In this document: in pieces, positions 1-8,823 of the stretch
Layout: each line of letters begins with the position of its first letter
Position numbering within the stretch: the stretch's first letter is position 1
Assembly (NCBI GenBank): GCA_964389205.1
Contig: CAYMDH010000003.1
Location: 55,702-119,701 of the forward strand
Reading direction: 5' to 3'
Source: an uncultured Flavobacteriaceae bacterium
GTDB lineage: Bacteria; Bacteroidota; Bacteroidia; Flavobacteriales; Flavobacteriaceae
DNA length: 64,000 nt
Translations under genes and position numbers: made by a program
The notes under the pieces: generated by a model
The model's input: only the letters and a program-made list of their open reading frames with translations
Database searches by the model: none
What the model was told of the DNA's origin: nothing

Positions 1-575
1 TTTTAGTACTAGAAGAGAATATGTTTTCTACGATGTCTTTGGCAGGGACACAGTTATATAGAAAAGAAGGAAATACTCAATGGAATGAAAAAGAAAAAAG
101 AGAACAACAAATAGTAACAAATACAATTGTTTCTAATTTGGAGCAGGTAGAAGGTTTAATTAAAATTAAGACATCTGAAGTTGAGACTGTTAAAGCAGGT
201 AACTTATTACATTTAAAGACAGTTGTCAAAGGTTTTTTTAACAGTATAAATCTCAAAGAGATAATTTATGCATTACATCCAACTCCTGCAGTATGTGGAT
301 TCCCAACTGCCAGTGCTAAAAAATTCATATTAGAATATGAAAATTATCATCGTTCTTTTTATACAGGTTTTCTTGGAGAATTAAACATGACACCATATCC
401 TAATAAGACTGCTTTTTCTCATTTATTTGTAAATCTACGATGTATGGAGATTAAAAATAATGAAGCGCTTTTATATGTAGGAGGAGGAATAACAAAAGAA
501 AGCAGTCCAGAATCAGAATGGGAAGAGACTGTTAATAAATCTCAAACTATGAAAAAAGTCTTATTTGAATCTTAA
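1..575 (+). CDS. menF: isochorismate synthase, C-terminal part (5' end lies upstream of the window)
   Basis: The frame is open from nt 3 with no stop before the ATG at 21. Chorismate-binding motifs are present (HPTPAVCGFP, LRCMEI, GGGITKESSPE.EW.ET). It sits directly upstream of menD. Confidence 0.8.
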   Translation, partial: LVLEENMFSTMSLAGTQLYRKEGNTQWNEKEKREQQIVTNTIVSNLEQVEGLIKIKTSEVETVKAGNLLHLKTVVKGFFNSINLKEIIYALHPTPAVCGFPTASAKKFILEYENYHRSFYTGFLGELNMTPYPNKTAFSHLFVNLRCMEIKNNEALLYVGGGITKESSPESEWEETVNKSQTMKKVLFES

Positions 576-717
576 AAAGTATTCTAAAAATGCCTTTTAG
601 TTTGTATCTTTGAAGAGCACATTTTAATTAATTATAGATCGTCATTTGTGCAATAAATTATAAGTTTTGAGATATCTAATTTAAATTTATAACAAGCTGT
701 AGAATAAATTACAATAA

Positions 718-2394
718 ATGAACTATCCAAAAATACAGCTTGCGCAAACCATTATACAGCTTTGTAAACTCTATGATATAAAGCATGTAGTTATTTCTCC
801 AGGATCTAGAAATGCACCACTTACTTTAGGATTTTACGAAGATAGTTTCTTTAAATTATATAGTATTGTAGACGAAAGATGTGCTGCTTTTTTTGCTTTG
901 GGAATTGCACAACAAATAAATGAAACAGTAGCTTTAGTTTGTACTTCAGGCTCAGCACTTTTAAACTATTATCCTGCCATTTCAGAAGCGTATTACAGTG
1001 ACATTCCTTTGGTTGTTATCTCTGCAGATAGACCTGCAAATAAAATAGATATTGGAGATGGACAAACCATTAGACAAAACAATGTTTTTTCAAATCACAT
1101 ATTACATTCGGTTCAATTAGATGAAAGTGAAAATCAATTAGATCAAAACGAGAAAAAAATAAATAGCGCATTAGAAGTAGCTATTTCTCAAAAAGGACCA
1201 GTACATATAAATGCTCCTTTTGAAGAACCTTTATATGAGCTAACAACTACCTTAGATGTTTTTCCTAAAAAAATAAAAAACATAGAGAATGTAAGGCCAC
1301 CTATAGATCCTACATTTTTTGTCAATCAATGGAATAGCTCAAAAAAGAAAATGGTACTTGTAGGAGTTAATGCTCCTAATACTATTTCAAAAGCATTAAT
1401 AAATTGGCTAGCACAAGATCCCTCTGTAATTGTTTTGACAGAAACAACTTCTAATTTACATCACGATAATTTCTTTCCAGCTATTGATAAAATTATAGCT
1501 CCTATAGAGTATATAACAACAGAGATTAGTAAGCTTCAACCAGATTTATTACTCACATTCGGCGGGATGGTTATATCAAAAAAAATTAAAGCTTTTCTTA
1601 GAAAATATAGCCCTAAAAATCATTTTCATATAGATGAAAAGAAAGCATACAACACTTTTTTTAATTTAAAAGATCATTTTAAAACAACTCCTAATGCTTT
1701 TTTTGAGCTAATAGTTAATAAAGTAAATCAAGTCTCAAGCACCTATAGAGAACATTGGTTATCAACCAAGGAGAATAGAAAAATTAAACACAATCAATAT
1801 CTAAAACAAACCTCTTTTTCAGATTTTTTAGCCTATGATACACTATTGAGATCAATACCAAATGATTATAATTTACAATTGAGCAATAGTTCCACAGTGC
1901 GTTATTCTCAACTGTTTGATTTAAATTCTACGGTAAAGGTATTTTGCAATAGGGGAACCAGTGGGATAGATGGAAGTACATCCACAGCTATAGGAGCCTC
2001 TATTGTTACTAAAAACCCAACTTTATTAATTACAGGAGATTTGAGTTTTTTCTACGATAGTAATGCATTATGGAATTCATACATCCCTGAAAACTTCAGA
2101 ATAATTGTATTAAATAATGGAGGAGGAGGAATATTTAGAATATTACCTGGGCCAAAAAATACAGAAAATTTTAAAACTTATTTTGAAACAAAACATGAAT
2201 TAAATGCACGTTCATTATGTGAAATGTATACTATTAATTATAGTAGTGTAACTAATAAAGCAGCATTAGATATAGCACTAAAATACTTTTTTTTAGATGA
2301 CACAAAACCAAAACTATTAGAGATTTTTACACCAAGTGAAATGAATGATAAGATTTTAATCGATTATTTTAATTATTTGAACGATAATTCATAA
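718..2394 (+). CDS. menD: 2-succinyl-5-enolpyruvyl-6-hydroxy-3-cyclohexene-1-carboxylate (SEPHCHC) synthase
   Basis: 558 aa ThDP enzyme. The N-terminus has SPGSRNAPL and CTSGSALLNYYPAI; the C-terminus has the ThDP motif GDLSFFYDSNAL...NNGGGGIF. The men cluster context agrees. Confidence 0.9.
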   Translation: MNYPKIQLAQTIIQLCKLYDIKHVVISPGSRNAPLTLGFYEDSFFKLYSIVDERCAAFFALGIAQQINETVALVCTSGSALLNYYPAISEAYYSDIPLVVISADRPANKIDIGDGQTIRQNNVFSNHILHSVQLDESENQLDQNEKKINSALEVAISQKGPVHINAPFEEPLYELTTTLDVFPKKIKNIENVRPPIDPTFFVNQWNSSKKKMVLVGVNAPNTISKALINWLAQDPSVIVLTETTSNLHHDNFFPAIDKIIAPIEYITTEISKLQPDLLLTFGGMVISKKIKAFLRKYSPKNHFHIDEKKAYNTFFNLKDHFKTTPNAFFELIVNKVNQVSSTYREHWLSTKENRKIKHNQYLKQTSFSDFLAYDTLLRSIPNDYNLQLSNSSTVRYSQLFDLNSTVKVFCNRGTSGIDGSTSTAIGASIVTKNPTLLITGDLSFFYDSNALWNSYIPENFRIIVLNNGGGGIFRILPGPKNTENFKTYFETKHELNARSLCEMYTINYSSVTNKAALDIALKYFFLDDTKPKLLEIFTPSEMNDKILIDYFNYLNDNS

Positions 2395-2471
2395 CTTTAA
2401 CGCTTACGATATCCTCCTCCAATATCAATTTTGTTCTTTTAAAATTAATTAACAATTAATATTTTCAAACT

Positions 2472-2813
2472 ATGAGTAAAAGAGATGACTTAATAGCCAA
2501 ATACGCCGCAGATCTAAAAGACAAATGCGGAGTAACTCCAGATGTTGCATTTTTAACTAAAGTAACAATTGGTTTGGGCCCTTCAATTTATAATGCAGAT
2601 TCTTCTACAGTTTCAGGATCTGATGAGAAAGAGTTAGCAACAGTAAAAAATAACTTTTTAATTAAAAAGTTAGGATTAAGTGATAGTGCAGACCTTGATA
2701 AAGCAATAGATTCTGTTATTGATACTTATGGTCGTTCAAATAGAAATAAATACAGAGCAGTAGTTTATTATTTATTAGCAAAGCATTTTAAAAAAGAAGC
2801 TGTTTATAAATAA
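2472..2813 (+). CDS. DUF2853 family protein
   Basis: 113 aa. The N-terminus (MSKRDDLIAKYAADLKDKCGVTPD) and the GPSIYNADS.TV core are recognised as DUF2853. Function is unknown. Confidence 0.65.
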   Translation: MSKRDDLIAKYAADLKDKCGVTPDVAFLTKVTIGLGPSIYNADSSTVSGSDEKELATVKNNFLIKKLGLSDSADLDKAIDSVIDTYGRSNRNKYRAVVYYLLAKHFKKEAVYK

Positions 2814-2835
2814 GATAGCTAGCCATATAAAAATA

Positions 2836-2866
2836 AAAACACTTGCATATTGCAGGTGTTTTTTTA
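2836..2866 (+). terminator. rho-independent terminator
   Basis: Hairpin ACACTTGCA-tat-TGCAGGTGT (one G-U pair) flanked by an A-run and a T-run. Confidence 0.7.
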
Positions 2867-2967
2867 TTCATTCTATTTTGTAATGATAAATAATCAATAG
2901 AAAATGTTGTTGCGATATTCAAAAGATGAATTATGTTTTAGTTAGTTTTGTAGCTTATTAAGATTTT

Positions 2968-3798
2968 ATGATAGTTATAGGAGAATATAATACCTTAGAA
3001 ATATTAAGAGATACAAGCCCTGGATTGTTTTTAGGAGATCAAGAAGGAAATGAAATACTACTTCCTAATAAATACGTACCAGAGAATTTTGAAATAGGTG
3101 ATGAGATCGAAGTTTTTTGTTATTTAGATCATGAAGAGCGCCCAGTGGCAACTAGTTTAATCCCTTTCATTACTTTAAATAACTTTGCATTGCTTAAGGC
3201 GGTATCTGTTACACATATAGGAGCTTTTATGGATTGGGGATTGGAAAAGCATTTATTTGTTCCTTTTAAAGAACAAGCTGCAAAAATGGTTGAAGGAAAA
3301 TGGTATTTAATTCATTGTTATCTTGATAAAGAGACAGAACGACTAGTAGGTTCAAGTAAAACTAATCGATTTATAAACAATGAAGAATTAAGTGTAGAAA
3401 GATTTCAAGAAGTAGATTTAATAATTTCCAGACATACAGATTTGGGAGAAGAAGTTATTATCAATAAGAAGCATAAGGGTATTTTATACAAAAATGAATT
3501 GTATAGAACATATAGTTTAGGAGAATCATTAAAAGGATATATTAAAAAAATAAGAGACGATCATAAAATTGATGTTAGCTTACAACCTATCGGGTATAAA
3601 AATATAGAACCTTCATCACAAATAATATTAGATAAACTTAAGAATAATAACGGTTTTGTTCCTCTTCATGACAAGAGTAATCCAGAGGATATAAAACATG
3701 TGCTAGAGATGAGTAAAAAGAGTTTTAAGAAAGCAATAGGATCTTTGTACAAGCAGAAAATTATTCGTATTGAAAAAAATGGTATTTATTTAAATTAA
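2968..3798 (+). CDS. S1-like RNA-binding domain protein (CvfB/YitL family)
   Basis: 276 aa with repeated S1-like modules and a C-terminal winged-helix-like segment (KKSFKKAIGSLYKQKII). Confidence 0.7.
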   Translation: MIVIGEYNTLEILRDTSPGLFLGDQEGNEILLPNKYVPENFEIGDEIEVFCYLDHEERPVATSLIPFITLNNFALLKAVSVTHIGAFMDWGLEKHLFVPFKEQAAKMVEGKWYLIHCYLDKETERLVGSSKTNRFINNEELSVERFQEVDLIISRHTDLGEEVIINKKHKGILYKNELYRTYSLGESLKGYIKKIRDDHKIDVSLQPIGYKNIEPSSQIILDKLKNNNGFVPLHDKSNPEDIKHVLEMSKKSFKKAIGSLYKQKIIRIEKNGIYLN

Positions 3799-4145
3799 AA
3801 CCTAGGGATACAAAAGCCATATCCACCACTACCAGGTATATAGTATGGACCTCCTTCAGAGGCTTTATAAACAGTATTAATGTTTTTCTGTTTTGTAGAA
3901 GTTGATTTCACTTTTATTTTTGGAATATTTGTATTTATTTCTAGACTTTTTAATGCACTTTTTTGTGTATTAGCAGTAGCCATATTGACTGTTTTTTTAT
4001 CGGAAGATAGAATACTGAAATTTGCTTTTTGAGTTGAACTATTTAAAAGCACTTTGCTTGATGCAATATTTTTAGTGCGTTTTATGTCTTGAGCATAAGA
4101 AAATGTAGAAACCCCAAAAAATAATATAAAAATATAAAACCTCAT
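3795..4145 (-). CDS. hypothetical secreted protein
   Basis: Signal-peptide-like N-terminus (MRFYIFILFFGVSTFSYAQ). No recognisable domain. Confidence 0.45.
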   Translation of the reverse strand: MRFYIFILFFGVSTFSYAQDIKRTKNIASSKVLLNSSTQKANFSILSSDKKTVNMATANTQKSALKSLEINTNIPKIKVKSTSTKQKNINTVYKASEGGPYYIPGSGGYGFCIPRF

Positions 4146-4233
4146 AGATCAAATTTTTATCAAGATACAGAATTTCTCATAGAGAAAAATGTTAATTAAC
4201 ATATAGAAACAAGTGTAAATATTGTAATAATTA

Positions 4234-4671
4234 AGCAGTTTCTTTTAGTTCTTCTTTTTTAAAATCATTTTCTAATGACTCCTGAGCCCAAATCATAGCT
4301 TCTGTTAGCGAATTAAAAGCTTCAAACCTTCGAAAGCAGAAAAGTTTTTCGACATTGAAAAAACGCCTTCTAAGTCTATCGGGTTGTACAACTCCTATTC
4401 CTTTTAAATTTTTATACTTTTTATTTACTTATGACAACGCTATAGGATTTACAGCATATGAATTAATACGATTGGAAATATAATAGACATTATCTTCATT
4501 TTCATAAAAACTGTTAACAGTATTTTTAAATTCTATAGCGTTGTCATAAGTCAATAAGATTCCTTCTTTAAATTCTGCAACAATAATATTTGAAAGTAAA
4601 TAGATAGTACCAAACTCAAAAGAATGTTCAAAAAATGTTGAATTAGCGTAGATAGAGTCTTTAAATTTCAT
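4234..4671 (-). pseudogene. STAS/SpoIIAA-like small protein gene interrupted by an in-frame TAA (complement of 4429-4431)
   Basis: The 80-aa ORF 4429..4671 ends at TAA. The same frame stays open for 65 more codons down to the TAA at 4231-4233 (VNKKYKNLKGIGVVQPDRL...AMIWAQESLE). Confidence 0.5.
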
Positions 4672-4854
4672 AATAATTTGGGTATTATTTATTGCAAATG
4701 TTATAAGTTTTTATTTTTCAATAAATTACTGTTATATTTTTTAGATAAACTGTATTATAACTTAGATGAATTCAAAAAAATATAAATTGCGAAAAGTTAT
4801 TTTTTGCTTTTTTAACGTAATCGTAAAATGTATTTTTGCTTAAAACATAAAATT

Positions 4855-5697
4855 ATGGCTCAAGTTCGATGGGAAACCGTTAAAGAATATGTAGATATTA
4901 CATATAAGAAATGTGATGGAGTAGCCAGAATAGCTTTTAATAGACCCAATGTTCGAAATGCATTTAGACCTAAAACTGTTGGAGAACTTTTTGAAGCTTT
5001 TTTAGATGCTCGTGAAGATACTTCAATAGGAGTAGTACTTTTATCAGCTGAAGGACCTTCTACTAAAGATGGAGTATTTTCTTTTTGTAGTGGTGGTGAT
5101 CAAAATGCAAGAGGACACCAAGGATATGTAGATGAAGATGGAATGCCTAGATTGAACATTCTAGAAGTACAGCGATTGATACGATTTATGCCAAAAGTGG
5201 TTATTGCAGTTGTACCTGGATGGGCTGTTGGAGGTGGACATAGTTTACATACTGTATGTGATTTGACATTAGCTAGTAAAGAGCATGCTATTTTCAAACA
5301 AACAGATGCAGATGTAACTAGCTTTGACGGCGGGTATGGTTCTGCATATCTTGCAAAAATGATAGGTCAAAAAAGAGCAAGAGAAATCTTCTTTTTGGGG
5401 AGAAACTATTCAGCACAAGATGCATTTGAAATGGGAATGGTAAATGCAGTAATACCTCATGAAGAATTAGAGACTACTGCATATCAATGGGCTTTGGAAA
5501 TTTTAGAAAAATCGCCTACTTCTATTAAAATGCTTAAGTTTGCATTTAATGCAACTGATGATGGCATGGTAGGACAGCAAGTATTTGCAGGAGAGGCTAC
5601 TAGATTAGCATATATGACAGATGAGGCAAAAGAAGGACGAAATGCCTTTTTAGAAAAAAGAAAGCCTAATTTTAAAAATATAAAATGGATTCCTTAA
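4855..5697 (+). CDS. menB: 1,4-dihydroxy-2-naphthoyl-CoA synthase
   Basis: Crotonase fold with typical MenB sequence (RIAFNRPNVRNAFRP, FCSGGDQ, VPGWAVGGGHSLH, KPNF). The start is taken at the MAQVRWE ATG rather than the upstream ATG at 4828. Confidence 0.93.
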   Translation: MAQVRWETVKEYVDITYKKCDGVARIAFNRPNVRNAFRPKTVGELFEAFLDAREDTSIGVVLLSAEGPSTKDGVFSFCSGGDQNARGHQGYVDEDGMPRLNILEVQRLIRFMPKVVIAVVPGWAVGGGHSLHTVCDLTLASKEHAIFKQTDADVTSFDGGYGSAYLAKMIGQKRAREIFFLGRNYSAQDAFEMGMVNAVIPHEELETTAYQWALEILEKSPTSIKMLKFAFNATDDGMVGQQVFAGEATRLAYMTDEAKEGRNAFLEKRKPNFKNIKWIP

Positions 5698-5710
5698 AAT
5701 AATTTATCAA

Positions 5711-6319
5711 ATGCCTTTTATAGAAGAAGATAACTTATTAGACCTATATAAAAAGATAGATAAATCTGAAGCTAACAACTTGCGGCTTCAAGATCAGATA
5801 TCATATAAAAATAGAGAAGTTACAAAAAGCGTAAAGCAGCGAAATTTTTTTGTAGTTGCAGGTGTAATATCTGTAATTATTTGTGCCATTGTTATTTCTT
5901 TTTCATTAGGCGTTAGAAATACGGTTAACAATTTAAAAGCAACTAGTGCAGACAAAGTAACAATTCCGATAGATAGTATTGAATCTCTTAAAAATAAAGC
6001 AAGAGTACTAGAAACTCAAAATACGCAATTAAATGCGGTAAGAGATTTTTACTTAGCAAAAAACTTATTAGATGGTAAAAAGATTTACACTATTCAATTA
6101 AGTGCTATAGAACAAAGTCATCTTTCTTTATTACCACTTTCTTTTAGTAACTTAAGATTGATAAAAAATAATGAATACCTATCATTATCATTAGGAGCTT
6201 TTGAAACATTAAAAGAAGCGCAAACTTTTCGATATGAACTTGTAAAGGTAGGATTTGATGAGGTCTTTATAATATCATATAAAGAAGGGAAGAGAATTCA
6301 GATTGAAGAGACTTATTAA
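5711..6319 (+). CDS. membrane-anchored protein with a SPOR-like C-terminal domain
   Basis: One TM helix (FFVVAGVISVIICAIVISF) and a coiled-coil region. The C-terminus (YTIQLSA...LSLGAFETLKEAQTF...GFDEVFII) resembles a SPOR repeat. Confidence 0.45.
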   Translation: MPFIEEDNLLDLYKKIDKSEANNLRLQDQISYKNREVTKSVKQRNFFVVAGVISVIICAIVISFSLGVRNTVNNLKATSADKVTIPIDSIESLKNKARVLETQNTQLNAVRDFYLAKNLLDGKKIYTIQLSAIEQSHLSLLPLSFSNLRLIKNNEYLSLSLGAFETLKEAQTFRYELVKVGFDEVFIISYKEGKRIQIEETY

Positions 6320-6320
6320 A

Positions 6321-7217
6321 ATGATAAAAATTAAGGCTTGGTTTTCTGCCGCCAGATTGCGCACATTGCCACTATCTGTTTCGGGAATTATAGTAGGCGG
6401 GGCATTAGCAACTTCAAACGATAATTTTGACACTACAATTTTTATATTAGCAATACTAACTACCATAGGTTTTCAAGTCATATCAAATTTTTCAAATGAT
6501 TATGGAGACGGTGTTAAAGGTACTGATAATGAAGATAGAATTGGCCCAGAACGTGCATTACAAAGCGGTATAATTTCTCCTTTAGAAATGAAAACAGCGA
6601 TTATTGCGACCACCATTATTACATTATTAATAGCAATACTTTTAATATATATATCTTTTGGTACAGCATCTTTAAATTATTTTTTAATTTTCTTATTACT
6701 TGGTATAGGGGCTATTATAGCTGCGATTAAATATACCGTAGGGAAAGATGCGTATGGATATCATGGTTATGGAGATTTATTTGTTTTCATTTTTTTTGGT
6801 TTAGTAAGTGTTTTAGGAAGTTATTTTTTGTTTACTAAAGAATTAAGCTTAGCTATTGTATTACCAGCTGTTACTATAGGTCTATTAAGCGTAACAGTAT
6901 TGAATCTTAATAATATGAGAGATCGAGAGAGTGATAAAAAAGCAGGAAAGAAAACATTAGTTGTTAAAATAGGAGCATCGTTAGCTAAAAAATATCATTT
7001 TGTAATCGTCATTCTGGCAATGCTATCAACGCTAGGGTATTCAATATTAATACAAGCAACAGAGCCTATTAACTATCTTTATGTAATAGCCTATATACCT
7101 TTAATCTTCCATTTGGCTAAGGTTTATAAAATAGAAACCCCTAAAGAGTTTGATCCAGAGTTAAAGAAAATAGCCTTAACAACCTTCATATTTGCGATCT
7201 TGTTTTCTTTTAGTTGA
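6321..7217 (+). CDS. menA: 1,4-dihydroxy-2-naphthoate polyprenyltransferase
   Basis: Polytopic UbiA-family protein with NDYGD and D-rich motifs (NNMRDRESDKKAGKKTL). The ATG at 6321 is 1 nt after the upstream stop; the ORF-track start at 6303 is a TTG overlapping that gene. Confidence 0.9.
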   Translation: MIKIKAWFSAARLRTLPLSVSGIIVGGALATSNDNFDTTIFILAILTTIGFQVISNFSNDYGDGVKGTDNEDRIGPERALQSGIISPLEMKTAIIATTIITLLIAILLIYISFGTASLNYFLIFLLLGIGAIIAAIKYTVGKDAYGYHGYGDLFVFIFFGLVSVLGSYFLFTKELSLAIVLPAVTIGLLSVTVLNLNNMRDRESDKKAGKKTLVVKIGASLAKKYHFVIVILAMLSTLGYSILIQATEPINYLYVIAYIPLIFHLAKVYKIETPKEFDPELKKIALTTFIFAILFSFS

Positions 7218-7264
7218 TATTTTTTTGTAGCTTTATTTTTTAATATTAAATTAACACTATCATT

Positions 7265-8038
7265 TTGAACGACGCCATTAGAATACTCATAGTAGAAGAT
7301 AATGTAATTATAGCAGATGATATTCAAGCTATATTAGAAGATATTGGTTATGAGATCGTTGATAATGTAATAGATTTTGAACAAGCCACTGAAGCTTTAA
7401 AAAATAATGAAGTAGACCTTGTTTTAATTGATATTATACTGGCTTCTGAAAAAACAGGAATAGATTTAGGGCATCATATCAGATCTAATTATGATATTCC
7501 GTTTATTTTTGTGACTTCAAACTCAGATAAAGCAACTGTTGAAATAGCTAAAGAAGTAAAACCAAATGGATATTTAGTGAAGCCATTTGAACAACAAGAT
7601 TTATATACTTCTATAGAAACAGCATTATCTAGTTATACTTATGGAGAAAGCCAAGAAGATAAGAAAGCTAAAGAGACATCTACAAATGTTAGTGATTCTG
7701 ATAGACAGAATGTAACCAATGCAGTTTTAAAAGATTCTATTTTTGTAAAGAAAAATAACCTTTACTATAGAATAAAATTTGATGATATTCAATTTATCAA
7801 AGCAGATAATGTTTATTTAGAAGTAAATACGGCTGATAAAACATTTTTAGTGCGATCTGCATTAAAAGATTATTTAGATAAACTTCCTTCTAATAATTTT
7901 TATAGAGCACATAAATCTTACATTGTTAACCTATCTCATATTCAAGCTGTTAATAGTAAGGATATCATGATAAAAGATGAATTGATTCCGATTTCTAAAG
8001 ATTTCAGAGAATTTATTCTATCAAGTTTAAATTCTTAA
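7265..8038 (+). CDS. two-component response regulator, REC + LytTR DNA-binding domain
   Basis: The REC domain has ILIVEDN, DLVLIDI and KP. The C-terminal LytTR domain has IQFIKADNVYLEV...FYRAHKSYIVNL. The start is TTG. Confidence 0.9.
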   Translation: MNDAIRILIVEDNVIIADDIQAILEDIGYEIVDNVIDFEQATEALKNNEVDLVLIDIILASEKTGIDLGHHIRSNYDIPFIFVTSNSDKATVEIAKEVKPNGYLVKPFEQQDLYTSIETALSSYTYGESQEDKKAKETSTNVSDSDRQNVTNAVLKDSIFVKKNNLYYRIKFDDIQFIKADNVYLEVNTADKTFLVRSALKDYLDKLPSNNFYRAHKSYIVNLSHIQAVNSKDIMIKDELIPISKDFREFILSSLNS

Positions 8039-8066
8039 AAAGTTATTAACAACATATTAACAAGTG

Positions 8067-8132
8067 TTCACCACAATTAATAAACGATTCACAACAATCT
8101 TTTCATTATTCCTTTAGACCCTCATATATTTA
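8067..8132 (+). promoter_or_regulatory. module 1: direct repeats TTCACCACA (8067) and TTCACAACA (8088), plus -7 box TATATTTA (8125)
   Basis: The two 9-mers start 21 bp apart. The -7-like box starts 29 nt after the last base of repeat 2. Modules 2 and 3 have the same geometry. Confidence 0.5.
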
Positions 8133-8137
8133 CATTG

Positions 8138-8240
8138 TATTTGTTGAGAAACAAATCTTTAGTCCACGGTCCCAAATGTTATCATGTTAAATATAAATGA
8201 TTGAAAAAACGCTTTAAGTATATACTTAAAGCGTTTTTTA
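8138..8240 (+). ncRNA. candidate small RNA 1 (about 100 nt, 5' end approximate)
   Basis: Downstream of module 1. A 5' hairpin ATTTGTT-GAGA-AACAAAT spans 8139-8156. A perfect 10-bp terminator stem (8210-8219 / 8224-8233) is followed by six T. No ORF exceeds 6 codons on this strand. Confidence 0.4.
8204..8239 (+). terminator. rho-independent terminator (A-run / perfect stem / T-run)
   Basis: AAAAAA CGCTTTAAGT atat ACTTAAAGCG TTTTTT. Confidence 0.75.
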
Positions 8241-8318
8241 ATTCTAAATACATTATAATGCATACAAACTGGTGAGAAAGGGATAAGATAAATCTGTATA
8301 AATCATTTTTTTATTGTT

Positions 8319-8384
8319 TTCACAACACTTTCAGTTAGTTACACAACAAAAATTATTTTCTGATTGAAAAACTCCCTATGTTTG
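8319..8384 (+). promoter_or_regulatory. module 2: direct repeats TTCACAACA (8319) and TACACAACA (8340), plus -7 box TATGTTTG (8377)
   Basis: The repeats are 21 bp apart. A perfect TAnnTTTG match starts 29 nt after the last base of repeat 2. Confidence 0.55.
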
Positions 8385-8389
8385 GATAG

Positions 8390-8493
8390 TGAAAATATTT
8401 TAGTTTTTATAGTGTTATTTATTACCCAGATCTCATTTTGTTATTTAATGTTTAGAATAAGTCCCGAACCCTACTTTTCGGGACTTATTTTTT
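8390..8493 (+). ncRNA. candidate small RNA 2 (about 100 nt, 5' end approximate)
   Basis: Downstream of module 2. It ends in a 13-bp perfect hairpin AATAAGTCCCGAA / TTCGGGACTTATT (8456-8489) plus a T-run. The only ORF (18 codons) runs through the terminator. Confidence 0.4.
8456..8493 (+). terminator. rho-independent terminator
   Basis: A 13-bp perfect stem, an 8-nt loop and a T-run. Confidence 0.8.
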
Positions 8494-8618
8494 ATATTAA
8501 TTAACATTAACATTTTAGAACTTTTATTTTTAATTTATTCATAATAACTATAAACCTAGTGATACGGTAAAGTTAAATAAAGAAGATTTTTGGAAGGAAA
8601 ACATGCATCTTTGACTTT

Positions 8619-8684
8619 TACGCAACAAAAAAAACAATTTACACAACAAAAATTTACCTATAGATTATAAATAGTATAGGTTTA
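8619..8684 (+). promoter_or_regulatory. module 3: direct repeats TACGCAACA (8619) and TACACAACA (8640), plus -7 box TAGGTTTA (8677), upstream of the kinase gene
   Basis: Same 21-bp and 29-nt geometry. The 16-mer TTACACAACAAAAATT is identical to the one in module 2. Confidence 0.5.
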
Positions 8685-8823
8685 CAACTAGATTAATAAT
8701 TAAAGTATTATGTTTTTTAATGATTTTATGTAAAGAAAATATTAAAAACTAATTGTTTATTAAAAACATATTTTGATTTTTTGATCGTTAAAAAAGAAAT
8801 ACTATATATCATATCCTTGGAAT

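Noticed and set aside
8168-8176. The 9-mer GGTCCCAAA (context AGTnnnnGGTCCCAAA) in candidate sRNA 1 recurs at 8888-8896 inside the kinase coding region.
   Set aside because: The match is same-sense, so it cannot form an sRNA-mRNA duplex. The complementary stretch nearby (AGTCCAC versus GTGGAT) is only about 5 bp. It is probably chance and cannot be evaluated without target-prediction tools.
8040-8823. Possible small peptide genes (pheromone or bacteriocin precursors, as in Gram-positive LytTR systems) in the regulator-kinase gap.
   Set aside because: The longest candidates are 18 codons on the plus strand and 23 and 34 codons on the minus strand. All run through terminator stems and lack an obvious ribosome-binding context.
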